Below are positions 9,329 through 18,949 of a stretch of 64,000 nucleotides of DNA, in pieces (position 1 is the stretch's first letter; every line of letters begins with the position of its first letter). Source of the DNA: Candidatus Omnitrophota bacterium (lineage in GTDB: Bacteria > Omnitrophota > Gorgyraeia > Gygaellales > JBFMHM01); the NCBI GenBank assembly GCA_040753015.1, contig JBFMHM010000006.1:20467-84466 (forward strand), given 5' to 3'. The position numbers were made by a program, and so were the translations under genes. The notes under the pieces are model-generated. The model was not told where the DNA came from, did not search any database, and worked only from the letters and a program-made list of their open reading frames with translations.

Positions 9329-10242
9329 TATATGATTTAATTATTATTGGCGCAGGCCCTGCAGGGATAACTGCAGCGGTTTATGCTGCTAGAAAAAACT
9401 TAAATTTTATTATTGTAACTGGTGATATCGGAGGGCAAACTGCCTGGAGTGGTGATATTGAGAATTATACCGGTTATCAATTTATTACTGGCCCGGAATT
9501 AACAGCAAAGTTTGAAGAGCATATGAGGCAATATAATGTTCAGGTTAAAGAGAATGAACAGGTTATTGATATCGAAAGAATTAATAATAATTTTTTAGTA
9601 AAGACTAATAAAGAAGAATATAGCGCTAAAACAGTTATAGTTGCTTCTGGTAAACGTTCGAAGGAACTTAACATCTTAGGGGAGAAGGAATTCAAAAATC
9701 ACGGCCTGACTTATTGTGCGACATGTGACGCTCCATTATTTAAAGGAAAACGCGTTGCAGTTATTGGCGGAGGAAACTCTGCGCTAGACGCAGTTTTACA
9801 ATTAATAAAGATTGCCAAATATATCCATCTTATTAATATCGAAAAAGATATCACAGGTGATGCAATAATGTATGAAAAAATTAGAGAAAGCAAGATTGTA
9901 ACTGTTTTAAATAATACAAAAGTGATAGAGATAATAGGTGATAAAATGGTTAATGCTATTAAAGTAGAGACACAATTAATCGATTCTTCGCAAGAACAAA
10001 TTTTAGATGTAGAAGGTGTTTTTGTTGAAATTGGACTTATTCCAAATTCAGGTTTTGCTGGTATCCTAGAAAAAAATCAATATAATGAAATAAAAGTTAA
10101 TTGTCATAATGAAACAAACATCCCGGGAATTTTTTCTGCAGGTGATGTTACTGATGTTCCTGAAAAACAGATTATTATTGCTGCTGGTGAAGGTTCAAAG
10201 GCTGCTTTAGGTGCCTTTAGGTATTTATCCACCCATAAATAA
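9325..10242 (+). CDS. trxB: thioredoxin-disulfide reductase-like FAD-dependent oxidoreductase
   Basis: FAD GxGxxG IIGAGPAG, redox-active CATCDA, second dinucleotide motif VIGGGNSA. Translationally coupled to the glutaredoxin-like gene. Confidence 0.8.
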   Translation: MIYDLIIIGAGPAGITAAVYAARKNLNFIIVTGDIGGQTAWSGDIENYTGYQFITGPELTAKFEEHMRQYNVQVKENEQVIDIERINNNFLVKTNKEEYSAKTVIVASGKRSKELNILGEKEFKNHGLTYCATCDAPLFKGKRVAVIGGGNSALDAVLQLIKIAKYIHLINIEKDITGDAIMYEKIRESKIVTVLNNTKVIEIIGDKMVNAIKVETQLIDSSQEQILDVEGVFVEIGLIPNSGFAGILEKNQYNEIKVNCHNETNIPGIFSAGDVTDVPEKQIIIAAGEGSKAALGAFRYLSTHK

Positions 10243-10257
10243 TATTAATCCAACCTT

Positions 10258-10749
10258 ATGATTAGAAAAATAGCTATAGTAGGAAATCCCAACGTAGGAA
10301 AGTCAGTTTTGTTTAATAATTTGACGGGTAGTTATGCTATAGTATCAAATTATCCCGGTACAACTGTAGAAGTTTCCAGAGGAAAGGCGAATATATCTGG
10401 TTTTGATTTTGAAATTATTGATACACCGGGTATGTATTCCCTTTTACCGATAACCGAAGAAGAGCGCGTTACAAGGAAAATTCTTTTTAATGAAAAACCT
10501 TGCCTAGTAATACATGTTATCGATACAAAAAATTTAGAACGGATGCTTTCTCTTACCTTGCAGCTAAAAGAGGCAGGTTTTCCTTTAATTATTGATTTAA
10601 ACATTATGGATGAGGCCTTAAGCAATGGTATTGAAATTAACATCTTGGCATTAGAGAAAGAATTAGGTGTGCCTATAGTTGAAACGGTATCTACGTTAAA
10701 AGAGGGGATGGATATCTTAAAGACAAAAATTATGGAGATATGCCGTTAG
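10258..10749 (+). CDS. feoB: ferrous iron transporter FeoB, separate N-terminal GTPase domain
   Basis: G1 motif IAIVGNPNVGKS and G-protein fold. 163 aa. Stops 1 nt before the next gene. Confidence 0.8.
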   Translation: MIRKIAIVGNPNVGKSVLFNNLTGSYAIVSNYPGTTVEVSRGKANISGFDFEIIDTPGMYSLLPITEEERVTRKILFNEKPCLVIHVIDTKNLERMLSLTLQLKEAGFPLIIDLNIMDEALSNGIEINILALEKELGVPIVETVSTLKEGMDILKTKIMEICR

Positions 10750-12189
10750 ATGGAAACAATATCCTATGGTAAAGTACTGGATGATTTTATTAGCCGCATA
10801 GAGGCCTTGCTTAATTTTGATTATTCAATTAGCAAACATGCTGTTAGCATATTTTTGTTACAGGATGATAGTGAGATAATTAATATCGTTAGTCAAAAAG
10901 AAGCCCAATGGCCAAAAATCCAAGCAATTATTAGCGAGGCAAAATTAAAATATCCATATTCTTTAAGCTATCTTTTTGCCGTAGAACGCCAGAATTATAT
11001 AAATAAAGTCGTAAAAAAAGTGAAAAAGATTAATCCTAAGCCGCAAAATAGATTATTTATTATGTTTGATTGGTTGACCACAAATCCTTTTACAGGTATA
11101 CCATTATTACTTTTTATCCTCTATTGGGGATTATATAAGTTCGTAGGCGTATTTGGCGCAGGTACGTTAGTAAATTTTATAGAGGATAAAATATTTATTA
11201 ATCATATAAACCCTTGGGTTACTAATTTATTTATTCATATCTTTCCTTGGAAAACTATTCAAGGTTTATTCGTTGGTGAATATGGAATTATTACTTTAGG
11301 CATTCGTTACGCGATTGCTTTAATACTGCCCATAGTTACAACGTTCTTTTTTGCTTTTGCAATTTTAGAAGATTCTGGGTATCTTCCGCGGCTTGCTTTA
11401 TTAATTGATCGTGTATTTAAAAAAATTGGCCTTTCTGGTCGCGCTGTAATTCCATTAGTACTTGGTTTTGGCTGTGATACTATGGCAACAATGGTGACGC
11501 GTACCCTTCCTACTAAACGAGAGAGGATTATTGCGACATTACTTTTGGCTTTAGCTATTCCTTGTTCAGCTCAAATGGGCGTGATTTTAGCACTTTTAGA
11601 AGGAAGTCCGCGGGCAATGTTTGTTTGGATTGCTACAATAATCTTAGTTTTTTTAATCGTTGGATTTCTGGCAAAAAAGATTTTGCCGGGCACGCCTCCC
11701 AGTTTTTATATGGAGATTCCCCCAATTCGATTTCCCTTAATTTCGAATGTTTTTATAAAAACTTATAGCCGGATTAAATGGTATATAAAAGAAGTTATTC
11801 CGTTATTTGCATATGCTAGTTTTTTTATTTGGTTAGGTAAATTAATAGGCATATTTAATATTTTTGTTAAAATTTTAGAGTATCCTGTTAAATGGATAGG
11901 TTTACCGAAAGAGGCTTCTGTTGCATTTTTATTTGGTTTTTTCAGGCGTGATTATGGCGCGGCCGGGCTTTATGATTTAAAAAAATTAGGATTTTTATCG
12001 GCTAACCAGCTGGCAATTAGTTGTATAACTTTAACATTATTTTTACCTTGTATTGCACAATTATTAATGAATATAAAAGAGCGCGGTTGGCGTTTAGGAC
12101 TAGGGATTTCGTTATTTGTTCTGTTATTTTCTTTTAGTGTAGGGTATTTAGTGAATTTTATATTTACTGTTTTTACAATAAGTTTGTAA
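10750..12189 (+). CDS. feoB: ferrous iron transporter FeoB, membrane (gate/nucleoside-recognition) domain
   Basis: Polytopic membrane protein with FeoB core-like segments (GFGCDTMATMVTRTL, gate motifs). Confidence 0.8.
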   Translation: METISYGKVLDDFISRIEALLNFDYSISKHAVSIFLLQDDSEIINIVSQKEAQWPKIQAIISEAKLKYPYSLSYLFAVERQNYINKVVKKVKKINPKPQNRLFIMFDWLTTNPFTGIPLLLFILYWGLYKFVGVFGAGTLVNFIEDKIFINHINPWVTNLFIHIFPWKTIQGLFVGEYGIITLGIRYAIALILPIVTTFFFAFAILEDSGYLPRLALLIDRVFKKIGLSGRAVIPLVLGFGCDTMATMVTRTLPTKRERIIATLLLALAIPCSAQMGVILALLEGSPRAMFVWIATIILVFLIVGFLAKKILPGTPPSFYMEIPPIRFPLISNVFIKTYSRIKWYIKEVIPLFAYASFFIWLGKLIGIFNIFVKILEYPVKWIGLPKEASVAFLFGFFRRDYGAAGLYDLKKLGFLSANQLAISCITLTLFLPCIAQLLMNIKERGWRLGLGISLFVLLFSFSVGYLVNFIFTVFTISL

Positions 12190-12201
12190 AGGAGAATTAA
12201 G

Positions 12202-12843
12202 ATGGATAATTTAAGTGAGCATGCCGAAGAAATATTAGAGGCACTGTGGATTCAAGGAGAAGATCGTCCGGGTAAACCCTTAGATTTAGGTATTATTAAG
12301 GACGACCCTGCTTGTCAAGAATTGTCAAAATTGAATTTTATAAAAGTTATCGATGGGCATATTATTTTACTTGATAAAGGTAGGAAGCAGGCAGAATTAG
12401 CAATTAGGCGGCATCGTTTATCCGAGCGGCTAATGACAGATATATTTGATGTTAAGAAAGAAGATGTTGATAGCATAAGCTGTAAATTTGAACACCTTCT
12501 TCATAAAGGCCTAGAAGATAAAGTTTGTGCTTTATTAGGGCATCCTCGTCTTTGCCCTCATGGGAAAAATATTCCAAGGGGAGAATGTTGTAAGAATAAA
12601 AAGAAGCAGCTAGGCGTACTTATTTCACCGCTTGCAGATTTAAGAAAGAACGAAGAAGGAAAAATTGCCTACTTACATACCAAAGACCCATTGGTTATGC
12701 AAAAATTAATGAGCTTGGGTGTCTTGCCGGGATTAGAGATAAAGGTTATGCAGCATTTTCCTTCTTGTGTTTTTAAAATTGGCCATTCGCAGTTTGCGAT
12801 TGATAAAGAATTAGCACTATCCATATATGTAAGGGGTATATAG
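12202..12843 (+). CDS. DtxR/IdeR-family metal-dependent transcriptional repressor with C-terminal SH3-like/FeoA domain
   Basis: Dimerisation/metal-site region RRHRLSERLMTDIF...EHLLHKG...HPRLCPHGKNIP. C-terminal FeoA-like beta domain. Confidence 0.75.
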   Translation: MDNLSEHAEEILEALWIQGEDRPGKPLDLGIIKDDPACQELSKLNFIKVIDGHIILLDKGRKQAELAIRRHRLSERLMTDIFDVKKEDVDSISCKFEHLLHKGLEDKVCALLGHPRLCPHGKNIPRGECCKNKKKQLGVLISPLADLRKNEEGKIAYLHTKDPLVMQKLMSLGVLPGLEIKVMQHFPSCVFKIGHSQFAIDKELALSIYVRGI

Positions 12844-12867
12844 TAATTTAAATTTTATTTATATATT

Positions 12868-13878
12868 TTGGAAGAAAGGATTGTTGTGGTTAAAAGAATT
12901 AAAAAATTTATTATTTTTATAATTATTTGCGTTGCAATTACTTTTCTTTCAAGTTTTGGATTTCGTTTTACAAAAAATCCGCTCAAATTTCCTATTAAGG
13001 AAAATGCAGAATTGGTTAATAATTTAAAATCTCATGTTGAAAAATTAAGTTTTGAAATTGGTGATAGAAGTGTTTTTAAGTATGATAAATTATGCCAGGC
13101 CGCTGACTATATAACAGAAATTTTTCAATCATTAGGCTACGAGGTTACTTTTCAGAAATATGATTTTTCAGGATACGAAGTAAAAAATATTATTGCTGTA
13201 AAAAAGGGAGAGGTTAATCCTAATGCATATGTGATTGTTGGTGCGCATTATGATACTTTTTTTAATCCCGGGGCAGATGATAATGCCAGTGGCGTAGCAG
13301 CTGTTTTAGAAATTGCCAGGATGCTTGCCAGGGAGAATACGCGGCGTTCAATAAAGTTTATTGCTTTTGTAAATGAGGAAGGAACTTTTTTTAAAAGTAA
13401 ATATTCGGGGAGTATAAATTATATAAAGGAAGCAAATAAGAGAGATGAAAATATCCGGGCGGTTATCATAATAGATATGTTGGGTTATTATTCAGAAAAA
13501 TTATTTTCTCAACATTATCCGCCAGTGATATTGAGTTTATTTTATCCAAATAGAGGTAATTTTGTAGGAATATATAGTAACTGGGATTCACGTTGGCTTA
13601 AACACAAATTGATGGCGAGTTTTAAGAGGACTACCCCGTTTCCTATCCAAGGCGTATCAGTTGCGTCTTTCCCGGGCGTAGGTTTTTCCGATCAGGTTCC
13701 ATTTTGGCTGGAAAATTATGATGCTGTATTGATTGGTGATACTGCTGGTTTTCGTAATCCTTATTATCATGGTAATTACCCTCCAAGGATAATTGATACT
13801 TATGATACGCTTGATTACGATAAAATGGCCGAAGTTGTAAGAGGTCTAAAAGCAGCTATTTTAAATATTGCAAGTTAA
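12868..13878 (+). CDS. M28-family zinc aminopeptidase, N-terminally membrane anchored
   Basis: Zn-ligand block VIVGAHYDTFFNPGADDNASGVAAVLEIAR. The ORF track uses TTG at 12868. GTG at 12886 with an AAGGA RBS is an alternative start. Confidence 0.75.
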   Translation: MEERIVVVKRIKKFIIFIIICVAITFLSSFGFRFTKNPLKFPIKENAELVNNLKSHVEKLSFEIGDRSVFKYDKLCQAADYITEIFQSLGYEVTFQKYDFSGYEVKNIIAVKKGEVNPNAYVIVGAHYDTFFNPGADDNASGVAAVLEIARMLARENTRRSIKFIAFVNEEGTFFKSKYSGSINYIKEANKRDENIRAVIIIDMLGYYSEKLFSQHYPPVILSLFYPNRGNFVGIYSNWDSRWLKHKLMASFKRTTPFPIQGVSVASFPGVGFSDQVPFWLENYDAVLIGDTAGFRNPYYHGNYPPRIIDTYDTLDYDKMAEVVRGLKAAILNIAS

Positions 13879-13885
13879 TCTGATA

Positions 13886-14770
13886 TTAAAATTCTTTTTT
13901 TATTTTTGTGATTACTCCCCAGTTGTATCCTTCATAAGAAACGCCCACAGGTGCGCCGATGCCGAAATCAAAACCGCCTATAAATTTTTCAAATTCATAT
14001 TTAATTCCTGGGTTAATATATACTTCGGTGAAATGATTATGAGTGCCGTTTATATTTTCAGTTTCAAATTTTCCTATAGTTTCAAGAATTAAATCAATAT
14101 TTTTTGTTGCAAGATAAACTACAGCAAGGCCGCATTCAAAACCTACTTCATCCAATTTTGTTTCTTCGCCTTCTTCCCGGGCATGAGGCATATATTCACC
14201 GGAAAAATTTGTATGCAAAATAAATTTATTTATTTGTCTACTAATACTAACGCCGCCTTCAAAACCAAAATGATTACTTCCCAGGTCTTTTTTCCAATTA
14301 CCAGAAGGAAAAGATACTCCTAGGCAAAATGAGATACTTGGGATAAGGCTATTTTCTTTTTCATCTAATATTTTAAATTTTAATCCAGCCTCGATATCGC
14401 TTATTCCAGAGCTATTAAGATAAGAAATAGTTGTTGTATCCGAATCTATAGTTGTTTTTTTATCTACTTTAGAAAAGGGAATTTTTAATTCTGCATTTAG
14501 CCAATCGAATATGCCATATTCCGTTGCCATAATCCAATTCCATGTGTTTTTTATTTTTAATTTATCTTCTCTTTGGCCATCTTCATATTCAACTTCTCTG
14601 ATTTTTTTATTATCCAGATACTGCACGGTAAAACTTGGCTCCCATTCGCTTTTGTCAATCAAATAAGCACTTTCAAGTAAAAATAAAAAATCGTGCTTTG
14701 CGTAAGATGGACTATAAAAACATAGAATTACCAAAATCAATACAATAAATATAGTAATTATTTTTTCCAT
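13886..14770 (-). CDS. hypothetical secreted / outer-membrane beta-barrel-like protein
   Basis: Signal peptide MEKIITIFIVLILVILCFYSPSYA. Alternating amphipathic beta pattern and a C-terminal aromatic (..IKKEF). Start taken at an internal Met rather than the ORF-track start at 14833. Confidence 0.4.
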   Translation of the reverse strand: MEKIITIFIVLILVILCFYSPSYAKHDFLFLLESAYLIDKSEWEPSFTVQYLDNKKIREVEYEDGQREDKLKIKNTWNWIMATEYGIFDWLNAELKIPFSKVDKKTTIDSDTTTISYLNSSGISDIEAGLKFKILDEKENSLIPSISFCLGVSFPSGNWKKDLGSNHFGFEGGVSISRQINKFILHTNFSGEYMPHAREEGEETKLDEVGFECGLAVVYLATKNIDLILETIGKFETENINGTHNHFTEVYINPGIKYEFEKFIGGFDFGIGAPVGVSYEGYNWGVITKIKKEF

Positions 14771-14850
14771 ATATTTCTTCCATATAGGGTGGAGATCATT
14801 TATATTTATAAGATAGCATAGCTTATATGTCAATATAAAAAAAATTTTTC

Positions 14851-14878
14851 TTGACTTTTTTTATCCGTATGTTATACT
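14851..14878 (+). promoter_or_regulatory. sigma70-like promoter candidate for the cysH operon
   Basis: TTGACT, 16-nt spacer, TATACT, about 70 nt upstream of the 14951 start. Confidence 0.4.
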
Positions 14879-14950
14879 ATACTATGTTGATAGAGATAAT
14901 AGGGTAATAGTAGATTGTAAATTATTAAAATAATACCAGGGAGGTAATAA

Positions 14951-15658
14951 ATGAGTTTGTTGGAAAATAAAGATGATTTAAAAATATTAGTGGAAAAGTT
15001 AAATTTTAAGGAAAAAGTTGAACGTTCTAAAGAATTAATCAGGGAGGCTTACATAAAATATGGTGATTCTTTAGTTGTTGCAAATAGTTTGGGTAAAGAT
15101 TCTGTTGTGGTTTGGGATTTGGCAAAAAAAGTAAATTCTAAAATACGGGGATTTATTGTTACGACTAGATTTAAACCCGATGCTACAAAAAAATTTATGG
15201 AGGAGACTATAGCAAAATATCCGGAATTAAAAATTTATAAAAGTGAAGTAAAAATTCCGGAAAATCTTTATGAAACCGACCCGGATAAATGTTGTGATAT
15301 TTTAAAGGTCGAACCTGTAAAAAGAGCAATCGAGGAATTGAATGTTAAATGTTGGGTAACGGGACTTCGCTGTACTGAAGGCCGCACTCGTACTGATTAC
15401 AAAGAGGTTGAAGAACGAGATGAGGGCCTAATAAAACTAAATCCTATTCTTATTTGGAAAGAAAGAGAGGTTTGGCAGTATTTGGCAATTTATCAGGTGT
15501 CGGTTAATCAGCTTTACGCTGAAGGTTATAGGTCACTTGGTTGTGCACCTTGCACAAAAATAACTAGTGATGATAACGAACGTGCAGGACGTTGGATAGG
15601 CACGAGTAAATGCGGTGGTGAATGTGGAATTCATACCCGGCCTTTAAAAAAATCGTAA
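14951..15658 (+). CDS. cysH: phosphoadenosine phosphosulfate / adenylyl-sulfate reductase (thioredoxin-dependent, CysH family)
   Basis: PP-loop SLGKDSVV, internal CC..C..C cysteine cluster (Fe-S APS-reductase type), C-terminal ECGIH catalytic motif. Confidence 0.8.
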   Translation: MSLLENKDDLKILVEKLNFKEKVERSKELIREAYIKYGDSLVVANSLGKDSVVVWDLAKKVNSKIRGFIVTTRFKPDATKKFMEETIAKYPELKIYKSEVKIPENLYETDPDKCCDILKVEPVKRAIEELNVKCWVTGLRCTEGRTRTDYKEVEERDEGLIKLNPILIWKEREVWQYLAIYQVSVNQLYAEGYRSLGCAPCTKITSDDNERAGRWIGTSKCGGECGIHTRPLKKS

Positions 15659-15667
15659 GGAGCTATT

Positions 15668-16627
15668 TTGTCAGGAGTTATTATCCTAATTATATTAGCA
15701 ATTTTTCTTGCAATGAATATGGGGATAAGCGGTTTTTCTGTATCGTTTGCCCCTTCTTATGGCAGTAATATTCTAAGTAAGAATAGGGCTGCTATTTTAT
15801 ATGCCATTTGTGTAATTTTAGGTGCATATTTTTTAGGAGCACGTGTGGTTAATACCCTATCGAAAAAAATTTTTTCTTGCGATATTAGTTTGTATTCTAG
15901 TATAGTAATTTTTTCTTCTTGCGCGATAACAATGTTTTTGAGTAATATTTTAAAAGTTCCGCAGTCAACTAGTTTTGTAACTGTGGCAAGTTTTGTTGGC
16001 GCAGGAATTTTCTATGGGAAAGTTAATTGGTATACAGTTATAAAAATATTATTATTCGCGTTAATCTTTTCAATATTATCGTTTACTATTACTATTTTAC
16101 TTAAAAGGAAAATTTATCCGCCACATCAGCGAAATTTAAGATTCTATGAAAAGTTTTTTGCGCACAGAGATAAATTCAAAAAATTTATAATATTTCATGA
16201 TCTTTATGCGGCTTTTAGTATCGGAACAAACAATGTGGCCAATGTTGTTGCCCCATTAATTTTTCTTATTGGTGAGTCGAATATTTTTTTATTTTTGTTT
16301 TTTGGTGTTTTTTTTGCTTTGGGCGCATATTTAAAAGGAGAGAAATTAATTAAATCTGTATCTAAAGAAATTATTCCAGTAGGGGAGTTTTCTGCAAGTA
16401 TTGTTTCTTTTACTACGGCCACTTTTGTAATTATTGCTTCATTTTTTGGTTTGCCCACTCCTTATGTACAATTTACAACTTTTTCCCTTTTAGGAATAAG
16501 CTGTGTTAAAGATGGTTTTAGATATACCTTTAGCAAGACGATTGTAAAAAGGATTTTATGCGTTTGGATTTTAGTGCCACTCTTTACAACATTTTTAAGC
16601 TATATTTTGCATAGGATTATTTTATGA
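15668..16627 (+). CDS. PiT-family anion permease (CysP-like sulfate/phosphate permease)
   Basis: Two PiT signature repeats (MNMGISGFSVSFAPS and FSIGTNNVANVVAPL). TTG start with an AGGAG RBS. Lies between cysH and cysK. Confidence 0.6.
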   Translation: MSGVIILIILAIFLAMNMGISGFSVSFAPSYGSNILSKNRAAILYAICVILGAYFLGARVVNTLSKKIFSCDISLYSSIVIFSSCAITMFLSNILKVPQSTSFVTVASFVGAGIFYGKVNWYTVIKILLFALIFSILSFTITILLKRKIYPPHQRNLRFYEKFFAHRDKFKKFIIFHDLYAAFSIGTNNVANVVAPLIFLIGESNIFLFLFFGVFFALGAYLKGEKLIKSVSKEIIPVGEFSASIVSFTTATFVIIASFFGLPTPYVQFTTFSLLGISCVKDGFRYTFSKTIVKRILCVWILVPLFTTFLSYILHRIIL

Positions 16628-17559
16628 GCACAAATGATAATTACAGTGAAGATATTTTAAGATTGATCGGTAATACCCCTTTAATAAAACTCAATAAAAT
16701 TGTTGAGCCGGATTCTGCCGAGGTATTTGCTAAGGCAGAATTTTTAAACCCAGGAGGAAGTGTTAAAGACAGAATTGCTCTTAGTATGATTGAAGATGCT
16801 GAAAATAGGAGTTTACTTAAGGCAAATTCAATAGTTATTGAGCCGACAAGTGGTAATACCGGGATAGGATTGGCGATGGTTTGTGCTGTGAAAGGCTATA
16901 AGTGTATTTTGACAATGCCAGAGACAATGAGTTTGGAGCGGTTTTATATTTTGAGGGCTTATGGCGCGGAGGTTATTTTAACACCTACAAGCGAAGGAGT
17001 GTCTGGTGCGATTAAAAAAGCAAATGAAATTCTAAAGAAGACCCCTAATGCTTTTATCTTACAGCAGTTTGATAATTTGGCAAATCCAGAAATTCATCGC
17101 AAAACGACAGCAAAAGAAATTTTAGCTCAAACTAAAGGTGAGCTTGATGCATTTGTTAGTGCTGTAGGTACAGGCGGCACAATCACCGGGGTGGGTGAAG
17201 TATTGAAAAAACACAACAAAGAAATAAAAATTTATGCTGTTGAGCCAAAGACCAGTGCAGTTTTATCTGGAGGAAAGCCTGGCCATCATAAGATTCAAGG
17301 TATTGGCGCAGGATTTATACCGCGCGTATTAAATCGTGATGTTATTGACAAGGTAATTCAAGTTAGCGATGAAGATGCTTTTAAGACAGCTAAATTAATT
17401 GCAAAAAAAGAAGGTATCTTTGTGGGCACTTCGAGTGGTGCGGCTTTGTTTGCAGCATTGGATGTGGCAAGAAAATTAGGTAAAAATAAACGGGTAATTA
17501 CAGTGTTTCCTGATACAGGGGAACGCTATTTTTCTCTAACCCAATATTTCGAGTTTTAG
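16624..17559 (+). CDS. cysK: cysteine synthase A (O-acetylserine sulfhydrylase)
   Basis: PLP lysine region [28 protein letters not shown]. Confidence 0.9.
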   Translation: MSTNDNYSEDILRLIGNTPLIKLNKIVEPDSAEVFAKAEFLNPGGSVKDRIALSMIEDAENRSLLKANSIVIEPTSGNTGIGLAMVCAVKGYKCILTMPETMSLERFYILRAYGAEVILTPTSEGVSGAIKKANEILKKTPNAFILQQFDNLANPEIHRKTTAKEILAQTKGELDAFVSAVGTGGTITGVGEVLKKHNKEIKIYAVEPKTSAVLSGGKPGHHKIQGIGAGFIPRVLNRDVIDKVIQVSDEDAFKTAKLIAKKEGIFVGTSSGAALFAALDVARKLGKNKRVITVFPDTGERYFSLTQYFEF

Positions 17560-17562
17560 TCA

Positions 17563-18036
17563 ATGAGATACTATCCTATTGCTTTAAATTTAGCTAATAA
17601 AAAAGTATTAGTTGTGGGGGCAGGTAAGATTGGGAAACGAAAAATTAACAGATTATTAGAATGTAGGGCAAAAGTTAAGGTTGTGAGCATTTGCGCTAAT
17701 AAAGATATTAGAATAAAAGCTAAATTAAAAAAAATTGTTTTATTAAGGCGACCATATAAAACATCTGATACAAAAAATGCAGATTTAATTATTGCTGCAA
17801 CTAACAATAAAACGCTTAATCAAAGAATTAGTCAACTAGCAAATAAGAAGAGGGTATTGGTTAATGTTGTAGACGATTCTTATTTAAGTAACTTTATTTC
17901 ACCGGCTATTTTGCGTAGGGAAAAAAGCATTGTTGCTGTTTACAGTGATGCAAAAGATCCTAAACTATCAAAAGATTTAAAAAATTTTATTGAGGATAAG
18001 TGGAATGAATTTTTATCTTATCGGAGTGGACTATAG
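17563..18036 (+). CDS. sirC: precorrin-2 dehydrogenase / sirohydrochlorin ferrochelatase (SirC/CysG N-terminal type)
   Basis: NAD-binding KKVLVVGAGKIGKRK. 157 aa. Confidence 0.7.
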   Translation: MRYYPIALNLANKKVLVVGAGKIGKRKINRLLECRAKVKVVSICANKDIRIKAKLKKIVLLRRPYKTSDTKNADLIIAATNNKTLNQRISQLANKKRVLVNVVDDSYLSNFISPAILRREKSIVAVYSDAKDPKLSKDLKNFIEDKWNEFLSYRSGL

Positions 18037-18949
18037 GGTAGCTGATATCAAAACACGAGAAGATATTTTAGAGCGCAAGAATGAAATTTCGAATTTTTTT
18101 GCAACAAGATACCCAAAGAGTAGTTTATTTGTTACTTGTAATCGCTTTGAGGTATCTTTATTAGGAGACGAATATCCGCAGAAAGAGTTTATCAGTCCTA
18201 ATGCTTATCTTCTGAGTGGTAAGACGCATATTTTTAAGCATGCATTGCGTTTAGCTGTTGGTTTAGAATCTCAATTAAAAGGGGAAAGACAAATTTTACA
18301 ACAGATAGGCCAATGGTATAAAAATATTCCTTTTGTTTTACAAGATTTATGGCAGAAAGCCTATTTAGATGCAGAATATGTTAGAAATATATCCGGTCTA
18401 AATAAGATTTCTTATGATATAGCACATATTATTTATAATGATATCAAAAAAAATATTCCACATAAACCATTGCAGGGATTAATAGTGGGCACAGGAAAAA
18501 TAGCAGAGTTATTCGCATTCTGGCATCCTTCATCTATAGAGCTAACATTTGTAGGTAATAAAAATAAAGAACGTGCTAGCCTATTAGCTATTAAGGCAAG
18601 AGGTAAAATATTATCTATAACAGAATTAAAAGAAGCTATTGAAAGAATGGATTTTATAGTGAGCGCAACTAAAAGTCCGCATTTTATTTTAAGGCAAGCA
18701 GATATTAAAGGGGTGGTTTTAAGACGTAAAACGCCTCTTTATATTTATGATTTAGCTATACCGCGCGATATAGATCCCGAGGTTAAAAATCTAACCAATG
18801 TTATTTTGAAAAATATGGATGATTTGAAGGATAATTTTGAGAGTGCTAATTTAAATATAAAAGATAGGCTTAGTTTAGCAACTTACCTTGTTGAGGAGAG
18901 AGTTGATGTCTATACGCGTTGGTACTCGGCCGAGCCGGCTTGCATTTAG
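18005..18949 (+). CDS. hemA: glutamyl-tRNA reductase
   Basis: N-terminal MNFYLIGVDYR...TCNRFEV (catalytic Cys region) and NADPH domain GTGKIAE. Start taken at the Met of MNFYLIG. Confidence 0.7.
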   Translation: MNFYLIGVDYRVADIKTREDILERKNEISNFFATRYPKSSLFVTCNRFEVSLLGDEYPQKEFISPNAYLLSGKTHIFKHALRLAVGLESQLKGERQILQQIGQWYKNIPFVLQDLWQKAYLDAEYVRNISGLNKISYDIAHIIYNDIKKNIPHKPLQGLIVGTGKIAELFAFWHPSSIELTFVGNKNKERASLLAIKARGKILSITELKEAIERMDFIVSATKSPHFILRQADIKGVVLRRKTPLYIYDLAIPRDIDPEVKNLTNVILKNMDDLKDNFESANLNIKDRLSLATYLVEERVDVYTRWYSAEPACI

